Assembly (NCBI GenBank): GCA_963655595.1
Contig: CAVKGN010000001.1
Span: forward strand, 1-63,687
DNA: 63,687 bases
Reading direction: 5' to 3'
Origin: an uncultured Oscillospiraceae bacterium
Lineage (GTDB): Bacteria > Bacteroidota > Bacteroidia > Bacteroidales > Bacteroidaceae
This document shows positions 29,976 to 40,252 of the stretch, in pieces (the stretch's first letter is position 1; each line of letters begins with the position of its first letter). Position numbers and translations under genes: made by a program. The notes beneath the pieces were generated by a model. The model searched no databases. It saw only the letters and a list, made by a program, of their open reading frames with translations, and was not told the origin of the DNA.

Positions 29976-31286
29976 TTAGGCCACCTTTTCTTCCTTGTGC
30001 TTAAAGACAAGTGCGAAAAGCACGAACACCACGAGGGCATAGCCAGCGAAGATAAACCAGCAAGTTGTCCAGTCGCCCACAAGGTAGCCGTTCTCCCACG
30101 TGCAGTAGTGGTTGATTATCTCGCCTGCCAAGAGCGTGCCTATGGTTGCCCCGAGGCCGTTGGTCATGAGCATAAACAGGCCCTGTGCAGAAGCCTTTAC
30201 ATCGGGGGCGCACTCGTTGTCGACGAACAGACCGCCCGACACGTTGAAGAAGTCGAACGCCACACCGTAGACAATGCAAGAGAGGATGAAGAGCAGCACG
30301 CCCGGCATGAGCGGGTTGCCCAAACCGAAGAAGCCAAAGCGGAGCACCCATGCCAGCATGGCGATGAGCATAACCACCTTGATACCAAAACGTTTGAGGA
30401 AGAAGGGGATGAGCAGAATGCAGAGAGCCTCTGCCACCTGCGAGATGGAAACGAGCAGCGTGGCGTTGTTGGCGGCAAACGAGTCGGCCGTGGCTGGATT
30501 GCCTTGGAAGCTCGTGATGAAAGGCGTAGCATAGCCGTTTGTCACTTGGAGCGACATGCCGAGTAAGCCCGAGAAGAGGAAGAACAACGCCATTTTGCGC
30601 GTGCGGAACAGTTTGAACGCGTTCAGACCGAAAGCCTCGGCCAGCGACTTGCCCTTCTCAGCTGCGCGGCGGCAGTTGGGCAACGTGAAGCAGTAGGCAA
30701 AGAGCAGCAAACTCAGTATGCCCGACACGAGGAACTGCATGTGCGAATACTGAAACTTAGCATCGTTCTGTCCGAGCGTGAACGTCAGCGATCCGTCCTG
30801 CCACACGGCGCAGTTCACAAACCACATGGTAGCGATGAAGCCCACCGTACCGAACACGCGGATAGGCGGAAAATCCTTCACCGTGTCGAGCCCGCCCTGT
30901 TTAAGTACGCCGAAAGCCACTGTGTTCGACAGAGCCAGCGTGGGCATGTAGAAAGCTACGCTCAACGTATAGATAGTAATGAAGAGAGCCTTGTCGGGCT
31001 GGCTTGACAGCATGCCCAGGGCGCAGAGTCCTATCATTGAAACGCCCGCCAGCAGGTGGCAGATGCCCAACAGACGCTGCGGTTGCACAAAGCGGTCGGC
31101 TACGATGCCCATGAGCGTAGGCATAAAGATTGACACGATACCCTGAATGGCATAGAACCAGGAAATCTCGCCGCCCATGCCGGCGCGGCCCAGGTAGTTG
31201 CCCATCGAGGTGAGGTACGCCCCCCATACGGCAAACTCCAAGAAGTTCATTACCGTCAGGCGGAATTTTAAGGAAGAGGAATTCAT
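29976..31286 (-). CDS. MFS nucleoside:H+ symporter (NupG/XapB family)
   Basis: MNFLEFAVWGAY, YMPTLALSN, DFPPIRVFGTVGF, SQVAE, YGVAFDFFN, SAQGLFMLMTNG. Confidence 0.9.
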   Translation of the reverse strand: MNSSSLKFRLTVMNFLEFAVWGAYLTSMGNYLGRAGMGGEISWFYAIQGIVSIFMPTLMGIVADRFVQPQRLLGICHLLAGVSMIGLCALGMLSSQPDKALFITIYTLSVAFYMPTLALSNTVAFGVLKQGGLDTVKDFPPIRVFGTVGFIATMWFVNCAVWQDGSLTFTLGQNDAKFQYSHMQFLVSGILSLLLFAYCFTLPNCRRAAEKGKSLAEAFGLNAFKLFRTRKMALFFLFSGLLGMSLQVTNGYATPFITSFQGNPATADSFAANNATLLVSISQVAEALCILLIPFFLKRFGIKVVMLIAMLAWVLRFGFFGLGNPLMPGVLLFILSCIVYGVAFDFFNVSGGLFVDNECAPDVKASAQGLFMLMTNGLGATIGTLLAGEIINHYCTWENGYLVGDWTTCWFIFAGYALVVFVLFALVFKHKEEKVA

Positions 31287-31314
31287 TGGTTATTAAAGTT
31301 TTTCATGATGTTGC

Positions 31315-31854
31315 TTAATCATTCGGGCTAACCGTCTCCGCTGTGTCCGCCCCTGCGGTTCGCAGAGCGTTTTCGAGAGCTGTCTGCCCCATTGTCTCCT
31401 TGAAGATTGCCCGCACTACACGGCTCGAATCGGACACGTAAATGCGCGGAATGGTGGCAGTGGCAAATAGGTTGTACACCGTGCGGTCAGTCTGCGCAGA
31501 GTAGGGTAGGGAGAGGCCGTTAGCTTGCCAGTAAGCGGCAATTTCGCTGTCGCCCTGCGCACGGCTGATGCATACGAACGAGGCCAGTCGGCCGTATTGC
31601 TCATAGACCTTCTGCAAGATGGGGAGTTCGCGCTGGCAGTCCTTACACGCCGTGTTGAAGAAGACGATTATGGCAGGCTGGCTCAGTGGTTGAGCCGTAC
31701 TGAACTCGCTGCTGTCGTTGAGCGTGACGGAGAACGAGGGCAACGTCTGCCCCACGCTCACCAGTTCGCTTTGCCGTGCCGACGGCTCCACTTCCCCCAG
31801 GCACGAAACAAGCAGGGGAAGCAGCAAAACAAGGGCAAGGCGTATATACTTCAT
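31315..31854 (-). CDS. Thioredoxin-fold lipoprotein (TlpA/AhpC-TSA redoxin)
   Basis: Lipobox LVSC; FFNTACKDCQRELP (CxxC); TIPR. Confidence 0.85.
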   Translation of the reverse strand: MKYIRLALVLLLPLLVSCLGEVEPSARQSELVSVGQTLPSFSVTLNDSSEFSTAQPLSQPAIIVFFNTACKDCQRELPILQKVYEQYGRLASFVCISRAQGDSEIAAYWQANGLSLPYSAQTDRTVYNLFATATIPRIYVSDSSRVVRAIFKETMGQTALENALRTAGADTAETVSPND

Positions 31855-32002
31855 GTTGCAAAAGTACGAACCAAAAGCTTTTTGGGGGTAGAAATCAGGG
31901 CAAATGTTTTGCGAAACCTCCCGTATGCCGTAACTTTGGCTTCACTTTCGGGCAGCCTCCGGCCGCTGTGCGGGGCTTGTCCGGCAAAGACCATTGAGCC
32001 TT

Positions 32003-32542
32003 ATGTACGAAGACTACAAGCAAATGATACTCGAAGGGCTTACCCAGTGCCGCGACTTCGAAGATACCTATATTCTCCTCCTCCGCGAGAAGGAGGGACA
32101 CCGCTTTCTGCCCGTACTGATTAACGGCGACGAGTATCAGACTATATACCGTGCTGTGAGAGAGAACGAATACCCAAGCACACGGCTGATGAACCGCCTT
32201 GCCACCCGCCTTGGCATGCCCCTGATGGGCATACGCGTGATGGTGCCAGCCAACGGGCACACCAATGCGCTGATAGACTTTGACCGTAACGGCGAACTCG
32301 TGTCCATTCAAGCCCCCGTGGACGAGGCCGTGGCAGCCGCGCACGAGGTGAAAGCCCCGATATGGGTGCCCGCTGCCGAGCTTGACCTTCGTTTGAAGAT
32401 GCCCAACGAAGAAGGGAAGATGAGCGTGCCCATCAACTCCATGAGCAACGAACTGCTTGAGACCGTGCTCCGCGAGGCCGTGGAACACGACAATTTTGAA
32501 CTGGCCACCGTGTTGCGCGACGAACTTCGCAAGCGCAACTGA
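32003..32542 (+). CDS. Bifunctional nuclease family (DUF151) protein with C-terminal UvrB/UvrC motif
   Basis: YILLLRE..HRFLPVLI..E, A.A..APIWV, L.EAVEHDNFELATVLRDEL. Confidence 0.75.
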   Translation: MYEDYKQMILEGLTQCRDFEDTYILLLREKEGHRFLPVLINGDEYQTIYRAVRENEYPSTRLMNRLATRLGMPLMGIRVMVPANGHTNALIDFDRNGELVSIQAPVDEAVAAAHEVKAPIWVPAAELDLRLKMPNEEGKMSVPINSMSNELLETVLREAVEHDNFELATVLRDELRKRN

Positions 32543-32571
32543 ACAAAGGAGACGCAAGTCCCCACAACTGC

Positions 32572-33327
32572 ATGAAAGAAACACATATATTCTACGCCCC
32601 CGACTTTACCACAGAGAACACCACGTTGCCCGCCGACGAGGCAGCGCACGCCGTGCGCGTGCTGCGAATGCGCGAGGGCGACGAAATCCTCGTGACCGAC
32701 GGTCGAGGCACTTTCTATAAAGCCGCCCTCACCCTTGCCACACCCAAGCGGTGCGAAACCACCGTCGTGGAAAGCTGGGCCGACACAAAACTCTGGCGCG
32801 GAGAAATCCACCTGGCCGTAGCCCCCACGAAAAATATGGACCGCCTGGAATGGTTCGCCGAGAAAGCCACTGAGATAGGCGTGGACCGCATCGGTTTGCT
32901 CAACTGCGACTTCTCCGAGCGCAAGGTAGTCAAGACAGAACGCCTCGAAAAGATTGTCGTTTCCGCCATGAAGCAGAGCCATAAAGCTTTCAAACCCGTA
33001 GTAGACGAGCTGACCCCCTTCCGCCAGTTTGTGACGCAGCCGTTCGATGGGCAGAAGTTCATAGCCCATTGTTATTCTCCCGAAGAAGTAGCCGACGAGG
33101 GGCAAGCCGTCCACCTGTCTGGCCGCAATTTCCTGGGCGAAAAGGTAGACGAAACAGGCAAGAACTTGGTGCTTATTGGCCCAGAGGGCGATTTCAGTAT
33201 AGATGAAGTGAACTTTGCAATAAACAATGGTTTTCAGCCAATAAGTCTCGGCGAAAGTCGTTTGCGCACAGAGACAGCCGCCCTCGTGGCAGTCCACTTG
33301 ATGTATTTGGCGAAAAGAGTAAAGTAA
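32572..33327 (+). CDS. rsmE: 16S rRNA (uracil1498-N3)-methyltransferase
   Basis: HAVRVLRM, EKATEIGV, AMKQS, IGPEGDFS, LGESRLRTETA. Confidence 0.96.
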   Translation: MKETHIFYAPDFTTENTTLPADEAAHAVRVLRMREGDEILVTDGRGTFYKAALTLATPKRCETTVVESWADTKLWRGEIHLAVAPTKNMDRLEWFAEKATEIGVDRIGLLNCDFSERKVVKTERLEKIVVSAMKQSHKAFKPVVDELTPFRQFVTQPFDGQKFIAHCYSPEEVADEGQAVHLSGRNFLGEKVDETGKNLVLIGPEGDFSIDEVNFAINNGFQPISLGESRLRTETAALVAVHLMYLAKRVK

Positions 33328-33330
33328 AAC

Positions 33331-34728
33331 ATGAGCAGAAAAGGAAAGAAAACGTGTGCGATAGCCGTCCCGCTGTTGGCAGTGGTAGTAGCCCTGTGCC
33401 TGTGGGCATTTTACCCGAAGAGCTACGACGCCATCATCCCCGAGGAGGCAAAGGCCGTTGTACAGATCACACCGAGTGAACTCCCCGAAATGTTGCAAAA
33501 AGATTTCCCCCTTGCAAAGACGCTGGGGGTAGGTGCCGACGGGCTGGACCTCAGTTCGCCGCTCTACGCCTTCATTACGCCCAACGAGTATGTAGGCTTC
33601 TGCGCAAAGGTGGCAGACTATGACAAACTCGCGGCGCAGTTTGCCCAACTGGCAGCCCAGAAAAAGGTGCAGCTGCTCGACGATAGCGACGGCCTGGCGT
33701 GGGCGTGGATGAACGAAGGTTGGCTCGTGGCTTGGAATGGTCGACTGGTGTTTGCCCTCGGTCCCGGTACTGCTCAGGAGCGAGACGAACTGCAACACAC
33801 CATGAGCGCAATGTTGCGCAGCGGAAAGACGTTCAAGAAGACCGAAAAGTTCAAACGCCTTGAAGAACAGAAGGGAGCCGTGAAGCTCTTTTCCCAACTC
33901 GATGCCATACCTGCTCCTTACAATATGCTCTTCCGCCTGACTGTTCCAGCCGACTGCGACCTTGCAGCCGTCAACGTCTTCTCCTCAACCGAGTTCAGTC
34001 AAGAGGACAACGGCCTCGTCACTTGCATGGAGAGCCAGTTGACAAGCGATAACGAGGACGTGATGCGGGCGATTGACGCTTACGAGAAGACGAAAACGCC
34101 CCTTGACTTTGAAGCAAGCACCGATATATTATCAGGACTCTTCAACCTTGTTACAAGCACCCAGGGTGAGTCCCTGCTTGGTTTGCTCAAAACCGATGCA
34201 ACTCTACGAGGGCTGCTGATGGGCATTAATCAGACGGTGGACGTGGACAAAATGCTCGGAAGTACTGATGGGCTGCTGGCATTGCGGATTGATTCGCTGG
34301 CGAAGGACTGGACACCCTCCTTCTGCCTCACGGCTGAAACGCAGGCCAACGACCTCTTTGCCGATGCGGACTATTGGCTGAAAAGCGCTGCCAAGCAGCG
34401 AAACGTGACGCTAAACCGCCTTACGCCCGTAGACTATCAACTGAGCAGCGACGGCAAACAACTCTATTTTGGACAGGACAAAAGCTGCGGAGTACTCTAT
34501 TTCTCATCTGCAAAATCAAAGGATATGGCCTTGGCGAATACGAAGTTGAAAAAGGGGAGTAACAACGGACCGCTCGTACTTTTTCAACTGGACCTTAGAA
34601 AACTTGCCGAGCAACCCTGCGTGAAGCAAGGCGGAGCAGCGCAGCTGCTGCTGAACTTGTTGCCCGGCAAGGAAGGTATGTCTTTCTATGCAAGTAGCGG
34701 CGGAAAGTCCCACCTGATCATATATTAA
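33331..34728 (+). CDS. Secreted or membrane-anchored hypothetical protein (DUF4836-like)
   Basis: N-terminal TM/signal, Y..IIP, GLDL..PLYAF; directly upstream of the ABC pair. Confidence 0.65.
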   Translation: MSRKGKKTCAIAVPLLAVVVALCLWAFYPKSYDAIIPEEAKAVVQITPSELPEMLQKDFPLAKTLGVGADGLDLSSPLYAFITPNEYVGFCAKVADYDKLAAQFAQLAAQKKVQLLDDSDGLAWAWMNEGWLVAWNGRLVFALGPGTAQERDELQHTMSAMLRSGKTFKKTEKFKRLEEQKGAVKLFSQLDAIPAPYNMLFRLTVPADCDLAAVNVFSSTEFSQEDNGLVTCMESQLTSDNEDVMRAIDAYEKTKTPLDFEASTDILSGLFNLVTSTQGESLLGLLKTDATLRGLLMGINQTVDVDKMLGSTDGLLALRIDSLAKDWTPSFCLTAETQANDLFADADYWLKSAAKQRNVTLNRLTPVDYQLSSDGKQLYFGQDKSCGVLYFSSAKSKDMALANTKLKKGSNNGPLVLFQLDLRKLAEQPCVKQGGAAQLLLNLLPGKEGMSFYASSGGKSHLIIY

Positions 34729-34740
34729 AAGAGAAGAACA

Positions 34741-35385
34741 ATGCAGACCATTACACTCTCAAACATCCTGCCCCACGTGTTCGCCCAGGCCGACGGACTC
34801 GTGAGCGAGGTGTGGAAACAAAACGTGTGTTTCGAGAAAGGCAAACTCTACCTGGTCGAAGCCATGTCGGGTACGGGCAAGTCAACCCTTTGCAGCTACC
34901 TGCTCGGCTACCGCCACGACTACACCGGTACGCTGCTCTTCGACGACAAAGACGTGAGGCAGTTCAGCGTGAGCGACTGGGTGAGGATAAGGAAGCAGAG
35001 CGTGAGTCACCTATTCCAGGAACTGCGTCTCTTTCCCGAACTTACTGCCCTCGAGAACGTACAGATAAAGAACAACCTGACACACTTCAAGAGCGAGGAC
35101 GAGATAAAAGAATGGTTCTCCCTGCTCGGCATTGCCGATAAACTGACGTCGCTGGTGCGGTATATGAGTTTCGGACAGCAGCAGCGCGTGGCTATGATGC
35201 GCGCCCTGGTACAGCCCTTCGACTTTCTGCTTGTGGACGAGCCCATCAGCCACCTCGACGACACCAACTCCGCCATCATGGCCAACATCATGATGGGCGA
35301 AGCCAAGCGCCAGGGAGCCGGCGTGGTGGTGACGAGTATCGGAAAACACATGAACCTTCCCTACGACAAAGTGTTCAGACTCTGA
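34741..35385 (+). CDS. ABC transporter ATP-binding protein
   Basis: SGTGKST Walker A, SFGQQQR signature, LLVDEP Walker B. Confidence 0.92.
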   Translation: MQTITLSNILPHVFAQADGLVSEVWKQNVCFEKGKLYLVEAMSGTGKSTLCSYLLGYRHDYTGTLLFDDKDVRQFSVSDWVRIRKQSVSHLFQELRLFPELTALENVQIKNNLTHFKSEDEIKEWFSLLGIADKLTSLVRYMSFGQQQRVAMMRALVQPFDFLLVDEPISHLDDTNSAIMANIMMGEAKRQGAGVVVTSIGKHMNLPYDKVFRL

Positions 35386-35419
35386 ACAGAAAAGCGCAAA
35401 CCAAAAACAAACTAAGACC

Positions 35420-36619
35420 GTGAACCTAATTTGGAAGTTGCTTCGGCAACACATCAGCATACTCCAATTTGTGGGCTTCTTCTTTGCCAACCTCTTCGGC
35501 ATGTGGGTGGTGATGCTCGGCATACAGTTCTACAAGGACATCGTGCCGGTGTTTACGGAGGAAGACACATTTATAAATAACAACTACCTCGTTGTGTCGA
35601 AGCGCGTGACAACTGTTGGCACGCTCTCGGGACGCAGCAACGCCTTCTCGCAGTCCGACATTCAGGACATCAGTCGCCAGCCCTTTTGCCGCAAAGCAGG
35701 TGCGTTCACCTCGTCGCAGTACAAGGTGTCGGCCTCAATGGGCATGAAGGGGAGCGAACCTTTCAACACCGAAATGTTTTTCGAGGCCGTGCCCGACAGC
35801 TTTGTCGACGCGCCTGAGAAGGACTGGACGTATAAGCCCGGCGATCGCGAAGTACCCGTGATACTCCCCCGCACTTACATCGCCCTCTACAACTTCGGCT
35901 TTGCCCAGAGTCGCAACCTGCCCAAGGTGAGCGACGGGCTGGTGGGGATGATTGATATGCACATCTTTATCAACGCCAATGGGCGGCACGAACAGTTCAA
36001 GGGACGCATATTGGGATTTTCGAGTCGTCTCAACACCATCCTCGCCCCCCAGAGCTTCGTGGACTGGAGTAACGCCGAGTTTGAGCCCGGAAAGACAGAA
36101 GACCCCTCGCGCCTGATACTCGAAGTGAGCAACCCCACTGACTCGCGCATAGCCGAGTATATGCAGCAAAAGGGCTACGACGTGGAGGACAACAAACTCG
36201 ACGCTGGAAAAACGACCTACTTCCTCAAAGTGGTGGTGAGTATGGTGATGCTCGTGGGCTTGCTTGTGAGCGTGCTGTCGTTCTACATCCTTATGCTCAG
36301 CATCTACCTGCTCGTGCAGAAGAACACCCAAAAACTTGAAAACCTCCTGCTCATCGGTTACAGCCCTGGGCGAGTGAGCGGCCCGTATCAGTTGCTCACC
36401 GTGGCAATGAATGCCGCCACCTTCGTGCTTGCCTTGGTGCTGCTCTGCGTGGTGCGCAACTATTATATGGACATGATAGGACTGATATTCCCCACCATAA
36501 AGAGCGGTAGCATGATGCCCGCCGTGCTGACGGGAGGTGGACTGTTCGTAGTCGTGTCGATCATCAATATGATAGCTATTCGCCGCAAGGTGATGAACAT
36601 CTGGCACCGCCGCAACTAA
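35420..36619 (+). CDS. ABC transporter permease (FtsX/MacB-like)
   Basis: One TM, large periplasmic domain, three C-terminal TMs; LLLIGYSP. Confidence 0.8.
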   Translation: MNLIWKLLRQHISILQFVGFFFANLFGMWVVMLGIQFYKDIVPVFTEEDTFINNNYLVVSKRVTTVGTLSGRSNAFSQSDIQDISRQPFCRKAGAFTSSQYKVSASMGMKGSEPFNTEMFFEAVPDSFVDAPEKDWTYKPGDREVPVILPRTYIALYNFGFAQSRNLPKVSDGLVGMIDMHIFINANGRHEQFKGRILGFSSRLNTILAPQSFVDWSNAEFEPGKTEDPSRLILEVSNPTDSRIAEYMQQKGYDVEDNKLDAGKTTYFLKVVVSMVMLVGLLVSVLSFYILMLSIYLLVQKNTQKLENLLLIGYSPGRVSGPYQLLTVAMNAATFVLALVLLCVVRNYYMDMIGLIFPTIKSGSMMPAVLTGGGLFVVVSIINMIAIRRKVMNIWHRRN

Positions 36620-38115
36620 TGCTAAACGAAGAACACATGGACGAAATAGTAAAACTCTACACGCAATGGAGCGGACATGCGCCGCAAACGGTTGAGGCCC
36701 TGCCCAAGGCTGGGAGCAACCGCCACTATGCACGCCTCTACGACGCAGCGGGCAACTCCGTTATCGGAGTGAACGGTCCGTCGGTGGACGAGAATAAATG
36801 TTTCGTGTACCTTGCGCAACATTTCGCCTCGAAGGGACTGCCCTTCTCCGAAATTCTGTCCGTCAGTGCCGACAGCCGTTGCTACTTGCAGCAGGATCTG
36901 GGGCGCACCTCGCTCTACGATGCGCTAAAATCCTCGCGCGAGAACGACTTTGCCTATACCGACGCCGACAAGCAACTCCTTGCGCAGACGCTGAGGCAGC
37001 TCGCCCGCGTACAGGTGGAGGGAACGCAGGGACTGGACTATACAAAGTGCCTCTCGCCCGTGCGCTTCAACGCCAAGGCGGCGATGTTCGACCTCAATTA
37101 CTTTAAGTACTCGTTCCTGAAAACCACCGACGTGGACTTCGACGAGATTAGGCTTGAAGAAGACTTGCAACGCATGGCCTCCGACCTGGTGGGCGACGAG
37201 GAAGAGCGCCACTTCTTCCTCTACCGCGACTTCCAGGCTCGCAACGTAATGTTGTTGGACGGCAAGCCCTGCTTCATCGATTTCCAGGGCGGCATGGAGG
37301 GACCACCACAATACGACGTGGCCTCCTTTCTGTGGCAAGCCTCGGCACGCTATCCGCAGACGTTGCGCGACGAACTCATTAATATATACCTCGACGAACT
37401 CAAATGTCTTCTCGGCTCGTTCGACGAGGCTCGCTTCCGCCGCAGGCTCCACCTCTTCGTGGTGTTCCGCACGCTGCAAGTGCTTGGGGCGTATGGTCTG
37501 CGTGGCTACTTTGAGCGCAAGGCCTACTTCCTGAAAAGTATCCCCCTTGCCATTGCAAACTTGCGCACGTTGCTCACCGAGGACATACGGGTGGCATATC
37601 CCTACCTCTTCGAGGTGTTGCAGCGCATGGCGGCTCTCCCGCAGTTTGCCCCGTCCACGACAGAAGGCATGAAGATGTCGCAGTCGAAATACGACGGACA
37701 AGGTCCGCTCACCGTGCGCGTGTTCAGTTTCAGTTACAAGAAAGGAATACCGCAGGACGAGTCAGGCAACGGAGGCGGCTACGTGTTCGACTGTCGCAGC
37801 ACGCACAACCCCGGACGTTACGAGCAGTACAAACCCCTTACGGGTCTGGATGCGCCCGTTATCAAGTTCCTTGAAGACGATGGCGAGATACTTACCTTCC
37901 TGCAATCAGTCTACGCCCTTGCCGACGCTCATGTAGAGCGGTACATAAAGCGCGGTTTCACCGACTTGATGTTCTCCTTCGGCTGTACGGGAGGGCGGCA
38001 CCGCAGCGTGTATTCAGCCCAGCACCTTGCCGAACACCTGCACGCAAAATATGGCATCGAAGTGCGTGTGTGTCACCGCGAACAAGGCATTTCGACCACC
38101 CTCGAAAGAGCGTAA
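36619..38115 (+). CDS. APH-family (AmgK-like) phosphotransferase fused to a RapZ C-terminal domain
   Basis: AGSNRHY.R, QDLG, YRDFQARNVM, IDFQ; then FSFSYKKG, VFDCR..NP, FGCTGGRHRSV. Confidence 0.88.
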   Translation: MLNEEHMDEIVKLYTQWSGHAPQTVEALPKAGSNRHYARLYDAAGNSVIGVNGPSVDENKCFVYLAQHFASKGLPFSEILSVSADSRCYLQQDLGRTSLYDALKSSRENDFAYTDADKQLLAQTLRQLARVQVEGTQGLDYTKCLSPVRFNAKAAMFDLNYFKYSFLKTTDVDFDEIRLEEDLQRMASDLVGDEEERHFFLYRDFQARNVMLLDGKPCFIDFQGGMEGPPQYDVASFLWQASARYPQTLRDELINIYLDELKCLLGSFDEARFRRRLHLFVVFRTLQVLGAYGLRGYFERKAYFLKSIPLAIANLRTLLTEDIRVAYPYLFEVLQRMAALPQFAPSTTEGMKMSQSKYDGQGPLTVRVFSFSYKKGIPQDESGNGGGYVFDCRSTHNPGRYEQYKPLTGLDAPVIKFLEDDGEILTFLQSVYALADAHVERYIKRGFTDLMFSFGCTGGRHRSVYSAQHLAEHLHAKYGIEVRVCHREQGISTTLERA

Positions 38116-38238
38116 TAAGGAACTGCCAGCTCACGCCGGAGCACCCTGCCGTGAACTGGTTAAGGTTTACTAAAAAAGCCCGCAAGTTATACCCGTTACC
38201 ACGGGGAAAATGTAACTTTGCTTTGCATATGTGGTAAA

Positions 38239-38520
38239 ATGGAAGAGAAAAACCGCTATAAAGACATTGAACAGGCGCTCGCCTCTAACAGTATGGAAAA
38301 GGTCTGGGAGATGCTCGAAGAGGTAAAACGCAGCGAAGGCGAAACCGCTGCCTACTTCTATTTGCTAGGAAAGGCGCACATGAAAAAGTCGGAGTGGGGC
38401 AAAGCCATGTCGGGTTTCCTCAAAGCCGAGGAACTTGACCCACAGAGTCCGGCGCGCGAATGCCGCGCAATGCTCAACGACATCATGGCGTTCTACAACA
38501 AGGATATGTACAATCAGTGA
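38239..38520 (+). CDS. Small TPR protein
   Basis: AYFYLLGKAH..WGKAMSGFLKAEELDP; FYNKDMYN; TAACTTTG box at 38213-38220. Confidence 0.8.
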   Translation: MEEKNRYKDIEQALASNSMEKVWEMLEEVKRSEGETAAYFYLLGKAHMKKSEWGKAMSGFLKAEELDPQSPARECRAMLNDIMAFYNKDMYNQ

Positions 38521-38577
38521 GGCAAGCTGCGGTCGTTTGTCCGCGAGCAGCCGAAGCATGAAAAATAGAAACACAAA

Positions 38578-38802
38578 ATGAGCAAGGTAAAAGGAGCTCT
38601 TGTGATAAACACCGAGCGGTGCAAGGGATGTTCACTCTGCGTAGTGGCTTGCCCCACGCATACGTTGGCGTTGACCCAAAAAGAGGTAAACCACAAAGGA
38701 TATGCCTACTGTGAAGAGGTGAACGACAGTTGCATAGGTTGCGCCTCGTGCGCCATTGTTTGCCCAGACGGCTGCATCAGCGTTTACCGCGCCAAAGAAT
38801 AA
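38578..38802 (+). CDS. 2x[4Fe-4S] ferredoxin, delta subunit of 2-oxoacid:ferredoxin oxidoreductase
   Basis: CKGCSLCVVACP and CIGCASCAIVCP. Confidence 0.93.
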   Translation: MSKVKGALVINTERCKGCSLCVVACPTHTLALTQKEVNHKGYAYCEEVNDSCIGCASCAIVCPDGCISVYRAKE

Positions 38803-38886
38803 TGTACTCCGAACGCCTCCCTTGGCAAGGCGATATGTTTGCCAACGGACGCGTTCTTCCCCAAATACATTCTCAACACGACTTCA

Positions 38887-39975
38887 ATGAAAGACGACAA
38901 CGAAGTTATACTACTGAAAGGTAATGAAGCTATAGCCCATGCGGCCATACGCTGCGGCTGTGACGGGTACTTTGGCTACCCCATCACGCCCCAGAGTGAG
39001 GTGCTCGAGACGCTTGCTAAGCTCAAACCGTGGGAAACCACGGGGATGGTGGTGCTGCAAGCCGAGAGCGAGGTGGCTTCTATCAATATGCTCTATGGCG
39101 GCGGCGGCACGGGCAAACGCGTGATGACGTCGTCCTCTTCGCCCGGCGTGGCGTTGATGCAGGAAGGCATTAGCTACATGGCCGGAGCCGAAGTGCCAGG
39201 ACTTATCGTCAACGTGCAGCGTGGCGGTCCTGGCCTGGGCACCATCCAGCCCTCGCAGAGCGATTATAACCAAGCTACCCGCGGCGGCGGCAACGGCGAC
39301 TACAATGTGATAGTGCTTGCCCCTGCCTCGGTGCAGGAAATGGCTGACTTCGTAGACCTCGCCTTTACGTTGGCCTTCCGTTACCGCAACCCCGCGATGA
39401 TACTTTCCGACGGCATCATTGGTCAGATGATGGAGAAAGTGACGCTCCCCCCGTATAAGCCCCGTCGCACGGAGGAAGAAATCGTAGCGGAATGTCCCTG
39501 GGCAGCCAATGGCCACGGACTGAAAACGCGCGGGCCGCAGGTAATCACCTCGTTGGAACTTGACCCCGCAAAGATGGAGGAGAAAAACCGCCACTTGCAG
39601 GAGAAGTATGCTGAGATAAAGGAAAAGGAAGTGCGCTACGAAACGCAGTGCACGGACGATGCGGAATACCTGATCGTAGCTTTCGGCTCAGCCGCCCGCA
39701 TCTCGCAGAAAGCAATGGAGAATGCCCGCGAGCAAGGCCTGAAAGTCGGTCTTTTCCGCCCCATAACTTTGTGGCCTTTCCCCGAAAAGGAGATAAAGGT
39801 TTTGGCAGAGAAAGTGAAAGGCATCCTCGTGGTGGAAATAAACGCCGGGCAAATGATCTTCGACGTGCGCTACGCTGTGGAAGGCCGCATCCCCGTGGAA
39901 CACTACGGCAGACTCGGCGGCATCGTCCCCGACCCCGACGAGATAATCGGGGCTTTGCGCAAACTCCAGAAATAA
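38887..39975 (+). CDS. vorB: 2-oxoacid:ferredoxin oxidoreductase alpha-type subunit (VorB-like)
   Basis: KGNEAIA, GYPITPQSE, QAESE, SSSPG, QRGGPGLG. Confidence 0.88.
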   Translation: MKDDNEVILLKGNEAIAHAAIRCGCDGYFGYPITPQSEVLETLAKLKPWETTGMVVLQAESEVASINMLYGGGGTGKRVMTSSSSPGVALMQEGISYMAGAEVPGLIVNVQRGGPGLGTIQPSQSDYNQATRGGGNGDYNVIVLAPASVQEMADFVDLAFTLAFRYRNPAMILSDGIIGQMMEKVTLPPYKPRRTEEEIVAECPWAANGHGLKTRGPQVITSLELDPAKMEEKNRHLQEKYAEIKEKEVRYETQCTDDAEYLIVAFGSAARISQKAMENAREQGLKVGLFRPITLWPFPEKEIKVLAEKVKGILVVEINAGQMIFDVRYAVEGRIPVEHYGRLGGIVPDPDEIIGALRKLQK

Positions 39976-39993
39976 TCAATTCCTTGAACCCCT

Positions 39994-40239
39994 ATGACTT
40001 ACGATAGTTTATCGGAACGCAAATCGCCTATGCAGCGCAGGCGCGAGGAGCAACGGCAGAACCGACTGTTCCTACGCAACATCCTCAACGTGGCGTTCAT
40101 CATCGTGGCGTTAGTGGCGATGGTGGGCATCCTTGTGGCGAAAGAGTCCGTCATGACGTGGTATATGGTCGGACTTGTAGCGGTGATCATTAAGATGGTC
40201 GAGGTGATGCTGCGCATGCCAGGGTTTAGGAAAAAGTAA
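39994..40239 (+). CDS. Small two-TM hypothetical protein inside the oxidoreductase operon
   Basis: Basic N-terminus, LRNILN, two hydrophobic segments; tight spacing to neighbours. Confidence 0.7.
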   Translation: MTYDSLSERKSPMQRRREEQRQNRLFLRNILNVAFIIVALVAMVGILVAKESVMTWYMVGLVAVIIKMVEVMLRMPGFRKK

Positions 40240-40252
40240 AGCAAGGGAACTC

